64,000 nucleotides of DNA from Candidatus Latescibacterota bacterium (GCA_965222605.1 OZ244960.1:5312001-5376000), one strand, 5' to 3'. Numbered from the stretch's first letter, positions 17,723 through 27,918 are shown. Numbers and translations are program-made. Notes: generated by a model not told the origin, from the sequence alone.

Positions 17723-20620
17723 ATGCGCAAATTATTCGCCCTTACACTTTTCAGCCTTACACTGCTTGCTTCACCCATCTTCGCCGGGTTTACGCGCATT
17801 AATGCGCCCAATCCCGACGATCCGATGGATGTACACGTCTATAAACTCGATAACGGTCTCACCGTTTATCTCACGGAGAACCACGAAGAACCGCGTTTTT
17901 ATGCCGAAATCGCCGTGCGTGCGGGAAGCAAACACGATCCCGCCGAATCTACGGGTCTGGCGCATTATTTAGAACACATGCTTTTTAAGGGCACGCAAAA
18001 TATCGGGACATTGGATTATAAGAAAGAAAAAATTCACATTGATCGCATTATCGCGCTCTACGAAGATCACTTCCGAGAAACCGATCCCGAAAAACGCAAG
18101 GCCATTTACGCAGAGATCAACAAAGCGTCTCAGCGGGCCGCACAATACGCTATCCCCAACGAACTTGACAAGCTCTACAAAGCTATGGGCGAGAGTGGCT
18201 TGAATGCACACACATGGCACGAAGAAACCGTGTACAAAGTGGGTTTGCCCAGCAATTATCTCACACACTGGGCAAAAATTGAGTCTGAACGGTTTCAAAA
18301 TCCCGTGTTTCGCCTGTTTCAACCCGAACTCGAAGTGGTATATGAAGAAAAGAACCGCACATTGGACAACAAAGGCTGGCTCATTAGCGAGGCTGTGAAC
18401 AGACGCCTGTACAAAAGTCATCCCTACGGGCAGCAAACTACGATTGGCGAGGTAGAGCACCTGAAAAATCCTTCGCTTAAAAATATGTATCAATTCTACG
18501 ATACTTATTACGTGCCCAATAATATGGCGATTAGTATTTCTGGCGACATTGATATCGATGCGACAATTCAACTGATTGACGAACATTTCTCAGCATGGAA
18601 AGCCAAAGATATTCCCGCGCTCAAAACATGGAAAGAACCGCCCATCAAAGGCGCCGAGCGCGTCACAGTCAAATTTCAAGGTGAAGAATACGTACTCCTG
18701 GCCTTTCGCACAAACCATCGCAATCACAAAGACGCCGGGGCACTGAAGCTGATTGATATGATCCTGGATAATCGCACAGCGGGGCTTATCAACCTCAATC
18801 TGGTGCAACAGCAGGAAGTGAGACGCGCTGGTAGTTATCCCTATTTAAACAACGACTACGGCGCGCAATATCTGTGGGGCATTCCAAAAAAAGATCAAAC
18901 ACTTGCAGATGTTGAGCAACTTCTGCTGGATCAAATTGCTATGATCAAACGCGGGGAATTTGATGAAAGTCTGCTGTCTGCAATTGTCACAGATTTTAAA
19001 AAGAATCAAAAACGGGGTTTGGAATCCAATCCCAGCCGGATCAGGCAAATGACCAGTGCATTTTTGGGATTTTCCGAATGGGACCACGAGGTGGCTGAAA
19101 TTGCTCGTATGGAAAAAGTCACGCGAGAAGATATTATGAGTGTAGCCAATCATTATTTTGGCGAGGGCTATGTTGCGGGCTATCGCATTGACGAACAACA
19201 CGAGTTGCCCAAAATCGATAAGCCCAAAATCGACAAGATTGATATTGATCCGACTCGGCAATCTATGTTTGCAAAAGATGTGTTGGCTATGTCTGCCGAT
19301 GAGCTTTCTCCCATTTTTGTTACCGACAAAGACTACACCATTGCACAAGTGCGGGATGGTGTAAAACTCTACTATGTGAAAAATCCGGTTAATGATCTCT
19401 TCACTTTTACGCTCAGCGTAGATGTGGGTACGTATCAGGATAATCGACTCAGCACGGCCAGATCTCTCATGGATAAATCTGGTGCTGGCGATCTGTCTCC
19501 CGACGCGCTGAAAAAAGAATGGTACAAACTGGGTACGGATTTCAATATTGGCGTGTCAGACAATGAAACCAATATCAGCATTTCAGGTTTAGATGAAAAT
19601 TTTGACGTATCTCTTTCGCTGATGATGAAATACGTCCAGACTCCGACTGCGGATCAGGCCACGCTCGATGAACTCGTCAAAATCACCCTCGCGCAACGCG
19701 AAGATCAAAAAAAGGATCCCCGATCTCTGCGCAATGCCCTGCGTTTTTACAGTCGCTATGGCGACAATTCGTCGTACAAACGCCGCATTTCTTCTGAAGC
19801 GTTGCAAAAGCTCACGGTTGCAGAATTACACGGTTTGATATCCAGCCTACCGACCTACGAACAGGCTCTGATTTACGGAGGCTCTAAGCCGCTGGACGAA
19901 GTTCTCGCTACGATCAAAGAGCACTTCGCCAGCAGTAGTGACTTAAAAACGCCCCCAGGTTATGAGCATCTTGTGGTTCACGCGCCGGACAAAACCGAAA
20001 TCCGATTCTTTCACAAAGAGACAGCTCAGTCTCAGGTCTTTGTCGAGTTTGGAGGCGTTGCGTTCGATACGGCACTTCGTCCAGCTATCGATCTTTACAA
20101 CGATTATTTTGCCGGGGGTATGTCGGGCATTGTGTTTCAGGAATTGCGCGAAGCCCGAGCACTGGCTTATTCTACATTTGCGCGGTATGATCTCGGCAGG
20201 CGCAGCAATGATCAGAATGTTATGTGGGGATATATTGGCTGCCAGGCCGACAAAACCTCCGAAGCTGTTACTGCATTGGCGGAGCTTATTGACGCCTTGC
20301 CCGAATCGCCCGAGCGTTTTGCAGAAGCCAAAAATTCTGTGGTTAATCGCTATCGCGTCGCTAAAATCAAATACCGCGAGTTGCCCGGCGTGTTGCGTAT
20401 TTGGGAACGCCGCAACCAGATGCCCGACCCGCGAAAAGAGCGGTTTGATCACATTCTCCAGGCTGAGATGCCGATTATGCTCGATTTTCACAAGCAGCAT
20501 ATTACTAAACGTCCCAAACTCATTTCTATTATGGGCGATACAACCAAATTTGATCTCAACAGTCTGAGGCCCCTCGGCGTGGTTACGCCCGTAACGCTGG
20601 ATGACTTGTTTGTGGAATAG
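17723..20620 (+). CDS. M16 family zinc protease (insulinase/PqqL-like), exported
   Basis: Signal peptide; HxxEH 'GLAHYLEHMLFKGT'; 'ELREARALAYS'. Confidence 0.95.
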   Translation: MRKLFALTLFSLTLLASPIFAGFTRINAPNPDDPMDVHVYKLDNGLTVYLTENHEEPRFYAEIAVRAGSKHDPAESTGLAHYLEHMLFKGTQNIGTLDYKKEKIHIDRIIALYEDHFRETDPEKRKAIYAEINKASQRAAQYAIPNELDKLYKAMGESGLNAHTWHEETVYKVGLPSNYLTHWAKIESERFQNPVFRLFQPELEVVYEEKNRTLDNKGWLISEAVNRRLYKSHPYGQQTTIGEVEHLKNPSLKNMYQFYDTYYVPNNMAISISGDIDIDATIQLIDEHFSAWKAKDIPALKTWKEPPIKGAERVTVKFQGEEYVLLAFRTNHRNHKDAGALKLIDMILDNRTAGLINLNLVQQQEVRRAGSYPYLNNDYGAQYLWGIPKKDQTLADVEQLLLDQIAMIKRGEFDESLLSAIVTDFKKNQKRGLESNPSRIRQMTSAFLGFSEWDHEVAEIARMEKVTREDIMSVANHYFGEGYVAGYRIDEQHELPKIDKPKIDKIDIDPTRQSMFAKDVLAMSADELSPIFVTDKDYTIAQVRDGVKLYYVKNPVNDLFTFTLSVDVGTYQDNRLSTARSLMDKSGAGDLSPDALKKEWYKLGTDFNIGVSDNETNISISGLDENFDVSLSLMMKYVQTPTADQATLDELVKITLAQREDQKKDPRSLRNALRFYSRYGDNSSYKRRISSEALQKLTVAELHGLISSLPTYEQALIYGGSKPLDEVLATIKEHFASSSDLKTPPGYEHLVVHAPDKTEIRFFHKETAQSQVFVEFGGVAFDTALRPAIDLYNDYFAGGMSGIVFQELREARALAYSTFARYDLGRRSNDQNVMWGYIGCQADKTSEAVTALAELIDALPESPERFAEAKNSVVNRYRVAKIKYRELPGVLRIWERRNQMPDPRKERFDHILQAEMPIMLDFHKQHITKRPKLISIMGDTTKFDLNSLRPLGVVTPVTLDDLFVE

Positions 20621-20630
20621 GAGTGGTCAG

Positions 20631-21722
20631 ATGAAAATTACCGAGGTAAAAACATATCATTTGCGATATCCATTGCGAGAGAAGTTCGCGATTTCGAGGG
20701 GATGGTCCACGAGCCGACAGGCGCAAGTCGTGGAGATCGCTACGGATAATGGCTTGATTGGGTGGGGGGAGGGAACAGGCGAAGTCCATCGATCTGCGAT
20801 TGACGCGCATATTGTGGGGCGCAGTCCCTTTGATTGTGGCGCGATCTATCAGGCGTTGTCCGATGGTGGGATAAGTCCGCAGGCGATCAGTGGGATAGAT
20901 ATTGCGCTATGGGATTTGATGGGCAAAGCTCTCGGGATGCCTGTGTATCAATTGTTGGGTGGGAAGGTGCGAGATAAGATTCCCGCGTATGCCACTGGGT
21001 TATTTTGCAAAGATCGCCCCGATGTGACACAGGCACTTGTCGATGAAGCAAAGGGGTATGTCGATATGGGCTTTCTGGCGATGAAAATGAAGATCGGATT
21101 TGGCGCGGCTTATGATGTCAAAAATGTAGCGGCAGTTCGGCAGGCGATAGGTCCCGATGTGTTGTTTGCAGTGGATGCCAATTGCGGGTATGATGTGGGT
21201 ACTGCCATCGATGTGGGGCACAAGATCGCACACAATGATTTGTTCTGGTATGAAGAGCCGATACCAACTGATGATGTGCGCGGGTATTTGCAGGTAAAAG
21301 GCGCGTTGCCTATACGCATTGCAGGCGCGGAAGGGCTGGCCGGTCGTTGGGCGTTTCGCGAGTTGATTCAGCAGCGAGCACTGGATATTGTGCAGCCCGA
21401 TATCAGCATTGCAGGTGGGTTTAGCGAATGTCGCAATATTGCGGTGATGGCGAGTGCAAATTATGTGCGGGTTTTGCCGCATATGTGGGGCAGTCATATT
21501 CGGTTGGCGGCGACTGTCCACTGGCAGGCTACCATTCCCGATGCGCCGGATGCGTTGAACCCAATTCCGTCTCTGTTTGAATACGATATGACGGAAAATG
21601 AGTTGCGGACGGAGTTGGCCGTGAATCCGATTCAGGCTATAGATGGCGAAGTGCCCGTGCCCGATGCACCGGGATTGGGCATTGAGATTGATCGAGATGT
21701 TTTGGAAAAATACGCTGTTTGA
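20631..21722 (+). CDS. Mandelate racemase/muconate lactonizing enzyme family (galactarolactone cycloisomerase-like)
   Basis: 'SGIDIALWDL.GK', KxK 'MKMKIG', 'VDAN', 'EEP', 'QPD', 'PGLG'. Confidence 0.9.
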   Translation: MKITEVKTYHLRYPLREKFAISRGWSTSRQAQVVEIATDNGLIGWGEGTGEVHRSAIDAHIVGRSPFDCGAIYQALSDGGISPQAISGIDIALWDLMGKALGMPVYQLLGGKVRDKIPAYATGLFCKDRPDVTQALVDEAKGYVDMGFLAMKMKIGFGAAYDVKNVAAVRQAIGPDVLFAVDANCGYDVGTAIDVGHKIAHNDLFWYEEPIPTDDVRGYLQVKGALPIRIAGAEGLAGRWAFRELIQQRALDIVQPDISIAGGFSECRNIAVMASANYVRVLPHMWGSHIRLAATVHWQATIPDAPDALNPIPSLFEYDMTENELRTELAVNPIQAIDGEVPVPDAPGLGIEIDRDVLEKYAV

Positions 21723-21758
21723 GTTGATGTTTGATAACAGAAAAACAAAGGATCAACG

Positions 21759-22925
21759 ATGAAAATTCACGAATATCAGGCTAAAGAAGTTCTCAGATCT
21801 TTTGGCGTGCCCGTGCCCAATGGCGCGGTTGCGCGTACGCCCGAAGAGGCCGAAGCTATTGCCAAAGACCTCGGCGGTGCAGTGGTTGTCAAAGCGCAGA
21901 TCCACGCAGGTGGCCGCGGTAAAGGGGGCGGTATTAAACTTGCAGCCGACCCTGCCGAAGCCAAAGAAGCGGCATCCGAGATTATTGGCATGCAACTCGT
22001 TACCCCGCAAACGGGTTCTGAGGGGCAAAAGGTCAAATCTGTTTGGGTGGAAAATGCGACGGATATTGACCGCGAATTGTACCTGGGCATTGTGCTGGAC
22101 CGCGCGCAGTCGCGTCTGGTTGTTATGGCTTCCCGTGCGGGTGGTATGGACATTGAGGAGGTTGCTGCGACGACTCCGGAAAAAATTCTCAAAGAGGTCG
22201 TTCACCCCGGTGTTGGTCTCCAGCCCTTTCAGGCGCGGCGTCTCGCGCTCGGTCTGGGGCTTGAAGGCGATCAACTCAAACAGGGGGTTGGTTTTATAAC
22301 CGCCCTTTACAAAGCATATACAGAGACCGATTGTTCGCTCGCAGAAATCAATCCTCTCGTTGTGTCAAAAAGCGGTGAAGTTTTGGCTTTGGATGCAAAG
22401 ATGAACTTTGATGACAGTGCGATGTATCGCCATTCGGATATTCAGACATTGCGCGATGTTGACGAGGAAGACCCCCTCGAGGTCGAAGCTTCAAAATACG
22501 ATCTCAATTATATCAAACTCGACGGCGAAGTCGGCTGTATGGTCAATGGCGCCGGTCTGGCGATGGCTACGATGGATATTGTCAAATACGCGGGGTCTTC
22601 ACCGGCGAACTTTCTCGATGTTGGCGGGGGAACCAATGTCGAGCGCGTCAAAAATGCGATGCGCATTCTCACGTCGGACGAAGCGGTCAAAGCTGTGCTT
22701 ATCAATATTTTTGGCGGTATTGTGCGCTGCGACCGCGTGGCAGAAGGCGTTGTTGCCGCGCTTGAAGATATCGAAATCAATGTGCCGATCGTGGTGCGAC
22801 TGCAGGGGACCAATGCCGAGGAAGGCGCGCAAATTCTCGAAAATTCGGGTCTTGAATTTACCGTTGCCCGAAAACTCCAGGAAGCCGCTGAGGCCGTTGT
22901 CGCCGCGGTTCAAAACGCTGCATAG
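21759..22925 (+). CDS. sucC: Succinyl-CoA synthetase beta subunit
   Basis: 'MKIHEYQAK', 'KAQIHAGGRGKGGG', 'NGAGLAMATMD', 'NIFGGIVRCD'. Confidence 0.98.
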   Translation: MKIHEYQAKEVLRSFGVPVPNGAVARTPEEAEAIAKDLGGAVVVKAQIHAGGRGKGGGIKLAADPAEAKEAASEIIGMQLVTPQTGSEGQKVKSVWVENATDIDRELYLGIVLDRAQSRLVVMASRAGGMDIEEVAATTPEKILKEVVHPGVGLQPFQARRLALGLGLEGDQLKQGVGFITALYKAYTETDCSLAEINPLVVSKSGEVLALDAKMNFDDSAMYRHSDIQTLRDVDEEDPLEVEASKYDLNYIKLDGEVGCMVNGAGLAMATMDIVKYAGSSPANFLDVGGGTNVERVKNAMRILTSDEAVKAVLINIFGGIVRCDRVAEGVVAALEDIEINVPIVVRLQGTNAEEGAQILENSGLEFTVARKLQEAAEAVVAAVQNAA

Positions 22926-22948
22926 ACCTGTGTTTATAAAGAAAAATG

Positions 22949-22983
22949 AAAAGGGGCGCATGATGACAGGGTGCTCCTTTTTG
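22949..22983 (+). terminator. Probable intrinsic terminator after sucC
   Basis: AAAAGGGGCGC...GTGCTCCTTTTT hairpin with G-U pairs. Confidence 0.55.
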
Positions 22984-22997
22984 ATGTGTCCTGTATT

Positions 22998-23030
22998 GAC
23001 AATATGGCAATAATCCAGACAATATGACAA
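22998..23030. promoter_or_regulatory. Tandem direct repeat GACAATATGRCAA (period 20 bp), candidate enhancer-binding-protein site
   Basis: Copies at 22998-23010 and 23018-23030, about 80-110 bp upstream of a sigma-54 motif. Confidence 0.5.
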
Positions 23031-23106
23031 ATTGCACAAAATCCCACAAATTTCAAATTGAAAATAAATAATTGTTTTATATAAAATTACGAATATTCGA
23101 ATTTTA

Positions 23107-23122
23107 TGGTATATATATTGCT
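23107..23122 (+). promoter_or_regulatory. sigma-54 (-24/-12) promoter
   Basis: TGGTATATATATTGCT = GG-N10-GC; IHF-like AT tract at 23065-23077. Confidence 0.6.
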
Positions 23123-23238
23123 TTATAGAATAGATGTTTATTATTACATCAACTTCATAGATAGAGTAAAAATTGTAGAACAGATAGCAGAATACTCAGA
23201 GAGGCTTAGAACATCACTTTGTTAGAAGGAGATTTATT

Positions 23239-23430
23239 ATGTTGCCAAACGACATATTGGAACTGTTAGAGGAGCGTCGAATTATATCAGCCAATCGCAG
23301 ACTTTACGACTATTATCTTAGTGTCGGAGTCAAGTAACTCATAAATCCCGATACCAATGAACTTCATCGCGTTGATCTGTGTCTCGTATGCGGCAAGCAA
23401 AAAGTTGAGAAATCGCTGAAAATCGCTTAA
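23239..23430 (+). pseudogene. Degenerate FmdB-like zinc-ribbon gene copy with an in-frame TAA
   Basis: MLPND...LYDYYLSVGVK*LINPD...DLCLVCGKQKVEK; 27/32 nt identical to 27621-27652 of the intact fmdB; same RBS context GGAGATTTAYTATG. Confidence 0.7.
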
Positions 23431-23473
23431 AGTAAAAAGTGTGATAAAACGCTATCTTTATAGGAAATAAATT

Positions 23474-26236
23474 ATGACAGAATGGAGATGGAATGGTGCA
23501 CGATGGTGGAAGTTCGATGTTCACGCGCATACCCCGGCCTCTAAGGATTATGGAAAGGGTAAGAACCAGACGTCTCTTCGGGAATTATCACCCAAGGAAT
23601 GGTTGCTCACCTACATGCAGGCCGGCATAGATTGTATTGCGATCACAGATCACAACATCGGCGCCTGGATTGATCCTGTCAAGAAGGCACTCGGTGAACT
23701 CGAGTCAGAGAAGCCGGAAGGTTTCAGACCCCTTTCCATTTTTCCTGGTGTGGAAATTTCGGTCAACGGTGGTGCACATCTCCTGGCGATTCTGGAATGC
23801 GATAAGACCACATCGGACATTGACGCCCTCCTCGGTGCGGTTGGAATTCCTTCTACAAAGAAAGGTTCAAGTGACGCTGTCACCACCAAGACGTTTACCG
23901 AAGTAGTAGAGGCCATTGTCTCAGCCGATGGTATTGCGATTCCCGCCCATGTAGATGATGTCAATGGGCTTTTTCGGTTATCGAGGACGACGTTGCAACA
24001 AGTATTGGACTGCAAAGATATTTTCGCCATGGAGCTAAGGAACCCGGCGTATCAGAAACCACAGCTTTACATCAACGAAAAACTGCGCTGGACAGAAATC
24101 CTTGGTTCAGATGCCCACCATCCTTCCGGTGGCGCGGAACAGTCATATCCGGGCAGCCACTTCACCTGGGTCAAGATGGGGTCGCCCAGCATGGAGGGGT
24201 TGCGGTTGGCCTTACTGGACGGGGGACTCTCCGTGGGGCGCTCCGACCAGGATACGGGGGACTTGAACCAATATGCACCATTGACATTGGATGCCATTGA
24301 AGTTTCTCAAGCGCGCTACATGGGACGCTCCCTGTCCTTCACTATTGAATTCAACCCATGGTTCAACGCTATCATCGGAGGCCGGGGCACAGGTAAATCG
24401 ACTGTTGTCGAGTTCCTTCGCATTGCCCTGCGACGAGAAGATGAATTACCACGGATGTTGCAACCGGAGTTTGAACAGTATAGCCAAGTCTATCAAGACA
24501 GAGAAGACAGCGGACTGCTTACAAACGAGGCAAGCATCCGAGTGATTTATCGGAAAGACGGCGACCGGTTTCGCATCCAGTGGAATCCATCCGGCGGCCT
24601 TGAACCTATTGAACAAGAAATGGATGGACAATGGCAACGCGCAGATGGCGATATTCGGCAACGGTTTCCTGTGCGAATCTATAGCCAGAAACAGGTATTC
24701 CAGCTCGCCAAAACACCACTTGCGTTACTTAAAATTATTGATGAGGCACCGGGGGTGGGTTACCATGCTTGGTCTGGAAAATGGAAAGCGGAAGAAAGTC
24801 GCTTTCTTTCTCTGCGTGCTAAGGCTAGAGAAATCAAGGCTGGTCTTGGCGAGGAGCCTCGTCTTCGGGGAGAGCTGGACGACGTGGAACGAAAACTGGC
24901 TATCTTTGAACAGTCGGGACACACGGAAATCCTCAAATCCTTTCAAAAACGAAGCCGCCAGTATCGGGAGGTTGAGGCATGGGAAGAAAGCTGGACAGGA
25001 ACAGGAGAGCAGTTGCGCGAAGTCACGGCTGAAATCGTGCCGGACCTTCTGGATGAATCCTCTTTCGACTCAGATTCAGCGTCAGACAATGAATTGCAGA
25101 AGCACGCCGCCAAGACGCGAGACCGCTTGGATGAAATCCGCAAAGCAGTTGAGGCACTTGCCTCGCAAGCGGATGAGGTTGTCGTCGAGTGGCGGAAAGA
25201 CCGGGATACATCATCTTGGAAACAGAGCGTTGATGCTGCCGCGCAAGCCTACCAGAAATTGACAGAGAATCTGTCCCGAGAAGGGGCCGGCGACCCTGCG
25301 GCTTACGGCGAACTCGTACAGCATCGGCAAGTCATTGAGCAGAGGCTGAGGGAACTGGACGAGCGGAAAAAACAGGTCGATAACCTGAACGGTGAGGCCG
25401 ATGCATGCTTGCAGCAATTGCTAAAAATTCGCCGGGAGTTGACAGCATCTCGTCGATCATTTCTCAATTCCGTCCTGAGCGGCAATCAGTACGTCCGGAT
25501 ACAGGTCGCCCCTTATGGTGCCCGCGAGACGGTTGAAAGCGAGTTTCGTCAAATACTCCAAAGACAGGATGGGACATTTGAGAAAGACATTGGATCGCCG
25601 AATGACGGGGGATTACTTGGTGAACTATACGAGAACGGGGCCCCAGATATTGAACAGAATCTTTTGAACATCAAGACCCATGCCACAAAGATCGCCTCGG
25701 GTGAATACGACATAGGAACAGTGGCAGACCGGCGTTTTGCTACCCATGTCGGTAGTCTTCCGCCTGAATCGATTGACCGCCTCGATCTGTGGTTTCCTGA
25801 AGATTCTTTAGAGGTTCAGTATAGCGCAAGGGGCGATGGACAGCGTTTTCGGTCAATACAGGAAGGTTCGCCCGGCCAGAAGACCGCAGCACTCTTGGCA
25901 TTTCTGCTTTCCTACGGGAATGAACCGCTGATTTTAGACCAGCCGGAGGACGATTTGGACAACCATCTCATCTACGATTTGATCGTAACCCAATTGCGGG
26001 CGATCAAACGCCATCGACAGGTCATAGTGGTCACGCACAATGCGAATATCGTCGTCAATGGCGATGCTGAGCAGGTGTTAGCACTTGCAGCGCGTGGTGG
26101 AGAAACGCAAAAAGAGTGCGAAGGGAGTCTGCAAGAGCAACAGGTTAGAGATACCATTTGTACTGTCATGGAGGGTGGGCGCAGGGCCTTTGAAGATCGC
26201 TATCGCCGCATCGCGCTGAAAGGACGCCATGTTTAA
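23474..26236 (+). CDS. PHP domain + SMC/ABC-type ATPase (TrlF/Ppl-like defence protein)
   Basis: PHP motifs 'DVHAHT', 'ITDHN', 'GSDAH'; Walker A GGRGTGKS; coiled coil; signature 'SPGQK'; Walker B 'LILDQPEDDLD'; 'VTHN'. Confidence 0.9.
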   Translation: MTEWRWNGARWWKFDVHAHTPASKDYGKGKNQTSLRELSPKEWLLTYMQAGIDCIAITDHNIGAWIDPVKKALGELESEKPEGFRPLSIFPGVEISVNGGAHLLAILECDKTTSDIDALLGAVGIPSTKKGSSDAVTTKTFTEVVEAIVSADGIAIPAHVDDVNGLFRLSRTTLQQVLDCKDIFAMELRNPAYQKPQLYINEKLRWTEILGSDAHHPSGGAEQSYPGSHFTWVKMGSPSMEGLRLALLDGGLSVGRSDQDTGDLNQYAPLTLDAIEVSQARYMGRSLSFTIEFNPWFNAIIGGRGTGKSTVVEFLRIALRREDELPRMLQPEFEQYSQVYQDREDSGLLTNEASIRVIYRKDGDRFRIQWNPSGGLEPIEQEMDGQWQRADGDIRQRFPVRIYSQKQVFQLAKTPLALLKIIDEAPGVGYHAWSGKWKAEESRFLSLRAKAREIKAGLGEEPRLRGELDDVERKLAIFEQSGHTEILKSFQKRSRQYREVEAWEESWTGTGEQLREVTAEIVPDLLDESSFDSDSASDNELQKHAAKTRDRLDEIRKAVEALASQADEVVVEWRKDRDTSSWKQSVDAAAQAYQKLTENLSREGAGDPAAYGELVQHRQVIEQRLRELDERKKQVDNLNGEADACLQQLLKIRRELTASRRSFLNSVLSGNQYVRIQVAPYGARETVESEFRQILQRQDGTFEKDIGSPNDGGLLGELYENGAPDIEQNLLNIKTHATKIASGEYDIGTVADRRFATHVGSLPPESIDRLDLWFPEDSLEVQYSARGDGQRFRSIQEGSPGQKTAALLAFLLSYGNEPLILDQPEDDLDNHLIYDLIVTQLRAIKRHRQVIVVTHNANIVVNGDAEQVLALAARGGETQKECEGSLQEQQVRDTICTVMEGGRRAFEDRYRRIALKGRHV

Positions 26237-27476
26237 TAGCCCGGAAGAACTGTTGCAGAAGATACGTCTTGGAGAAGATACGTCCCTTGAATACAAGGCA
26301 GTTCGATTCAGGGGTGGCCGGGTTTCCGATCCAAGTCACAATGCTCTGGCCGACGAATTGGCGGCCATCGCCAATACGCACGACGGTGTGCTTGTTTTGG
26401 GCGTAGATGATATGACGCGGGACATCGTCGGCATTTCGATAGATGGCCTCGAAGTCGTCGAACGATATGTGTATGAAATCTGCAACGAGAGCATCACACC
26501 GCCGGTCCCTTTTCGTTCTTTTCGCATGCAACTTCCCGATAGCACAGGGGAACTCCAGCCCGTACTCACAGTAGAAATTCCGCGCAGCCTTTTTGTTCAC
26601 AGGAGCCCCGGGGGATATTTTTTTCGGCAAGGAAGCTCAAAACGAGAGATGCCACCCGATTACCTGGCGCGGCTGTTCCAGCAGCGAAGCCAAGTCCGAC
26701 TGATTCGATTTGAGGAACAGTCAGTGCCGCAATCGAGTAAGGACGTTTTATCTGAAAAGCTGTGGACCAACTATACAACACGGTCTGATGAATCCACGGA
26801 TATTGTGCTCTTTAAACGAGGTCTTTTGTCGAAGGGAGAAAGCGGAGCCGTGCAGGCTTCGGTCGCTGGCATTCTGTTCTGTTGCGAGAATCCAGAGCAC
26901 TTTTTGCCCAATGCTTATATTGAAGCTGTGCGCTATCGTGGAAAAAAACAGGATTCCAATTACCAGATAGACGCACAAAGAATTTGCGGCCCGCTGAATC
27001 AACAGATCGAACAAGCAATGACCTTTCTCAGAAAAAACCAGACGATATCAGCCATGAAGAGGCCGCATAGAATCGAGCGGAAGCAATTCAGCGAAAGGGC
27101 GGTTTTTGAAGCTCTGGTCAATGCTGTGGCGCACCGCGATTATTCCATTTCCGCCTCGAAAATTCGGTTTTTTATTTTTGACGATCGGTTGGAAATCTAC
27201 TCGCCGGGTGCTCTCCCCAATACCGTGACCATTGACAGCATTGCTCTCCGTCAGGCGACCCGAAACGAACTGATCACAAGCCTGCTTGCAGAAACGCCCG
27301 TGGTGGAAAGAGTCGGTGATGTGGGCCGAGGTTTTTACATGGAAAAGCGGGGCGAGGGCGTTCCCATCATTGTGAGCGAGAGCGAAAAACTCTCTGGAAA
27401 GAAGCCTATATACCAATTGATTGACGATTCCGAATTGCTGCTAACCATTTTTTCTAACTGCACTGAGGAGGCGTGA
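26229..27476 (+). CDS. Schlafen/AlbA_2 domain + HATPase_c_4-like protein
   Basis: 'GEDTSLEYK', 'AAIANTHDGVLVLGV', 'EALVNAVAHRDY', 'RLEIYSPG.LP', 'RN.LI'; 8-bp overlap with the upstream ATPase. Confidence 0.85.
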   Translation: MFNSPEELLQKIRLGEDTSLEYKAVRFRGGRVSDPSHNALADELAAIANTHDGVLVLGVDDMTRDIVGISIDGLEVVERYVYEICNESITPPVPFRSFRMQLPDSTGELQPVLTVEIPRSLFVHRSPGGYFFRQGSSKREMPPDYLARLFQQRSQVRLIRFEEQSVPQSSKDVLSEKLWTNYTTRSDESTDIVLFKRGLLSKGESGAVQASVAGILFCCENPEHFLPNAYIEAVRYRGKKQDSNYQIDAQRICGPLNQQIEQAMTFLRKNQTISAMKRPHRIERKQFSERAVFEALVNAVAHRDYSISASKIRFFIFDDRLEIYSPGALPNTVTIDSIALRQATRNELITSLLAETPVVERVGDVGRGFYMEKRGEGVPIIVSESEKLSGKKPIYQLIDDSELLLTIFSNCTEEA

Positions 27477-27538
27477 CACAGGAAACTGACTAAGCGAACT
27501 CAGCAACACCACCCAAACCCATCCGACGGAGATTTACT

Positions 27539-27844
27539 ATGCCGACTTATGAATATGCGTGTACTGCATGCGATCACGAATTTGAAGCCTTTCACTCTAT
27601 CACTGCCGAACCCATTCGCTTGTGTCCCGAATGTGGCGAGCAAAAAGTCGAGCGTCTCATTAGTGGCGGTGCAGGTCTGATCTTTAAGGGGTCGGGCTTT
27701 TACATCACTGATTATCGAAGTGAAGGATACAAAGAAGCGGCTAAAAAGGACAAAGAAGCAGCCAGCGACAAAAAGTCTGACACAAAAAAATCAGAGACAA
27801 AAAAGACCTCTGAGTCGAAAAGCTCAGATACCAAAGCAGCGTGA
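27539..27844 (+). CDS. FmdB family zinc-ribbon protein
   Basis: '[11 protein letters not shown]...CPECG...[11 protein letters not shown]', Lys/Ser-rich tail. Confidence 0.95.
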   Translation: MPTYEYACTACDHEFEAFHSITAEPIRLCPECGEQKVERLISGGAGLIFKGSGFYITDYRSEGYKEAAKKDKEAASDKKSDTKKSETKKTSESKSSDTKAA

Positions 27845-27918
27845 AAAATGGGAATTATATCCCTTTCTTAATCATGTCCCATGTTCTGACCTGGGATCCA
27901 AATAAGGAGAATCCTGCA

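Noticed and set aside
27477-27918. CIRCE element or N-terminal extension of DnaK from 27841
   Set aside because: No TTAGCACTC-N9-GAGTGCTAA motif; the RBS and conserved [10 protein letters not shown] fix the start at 27919.
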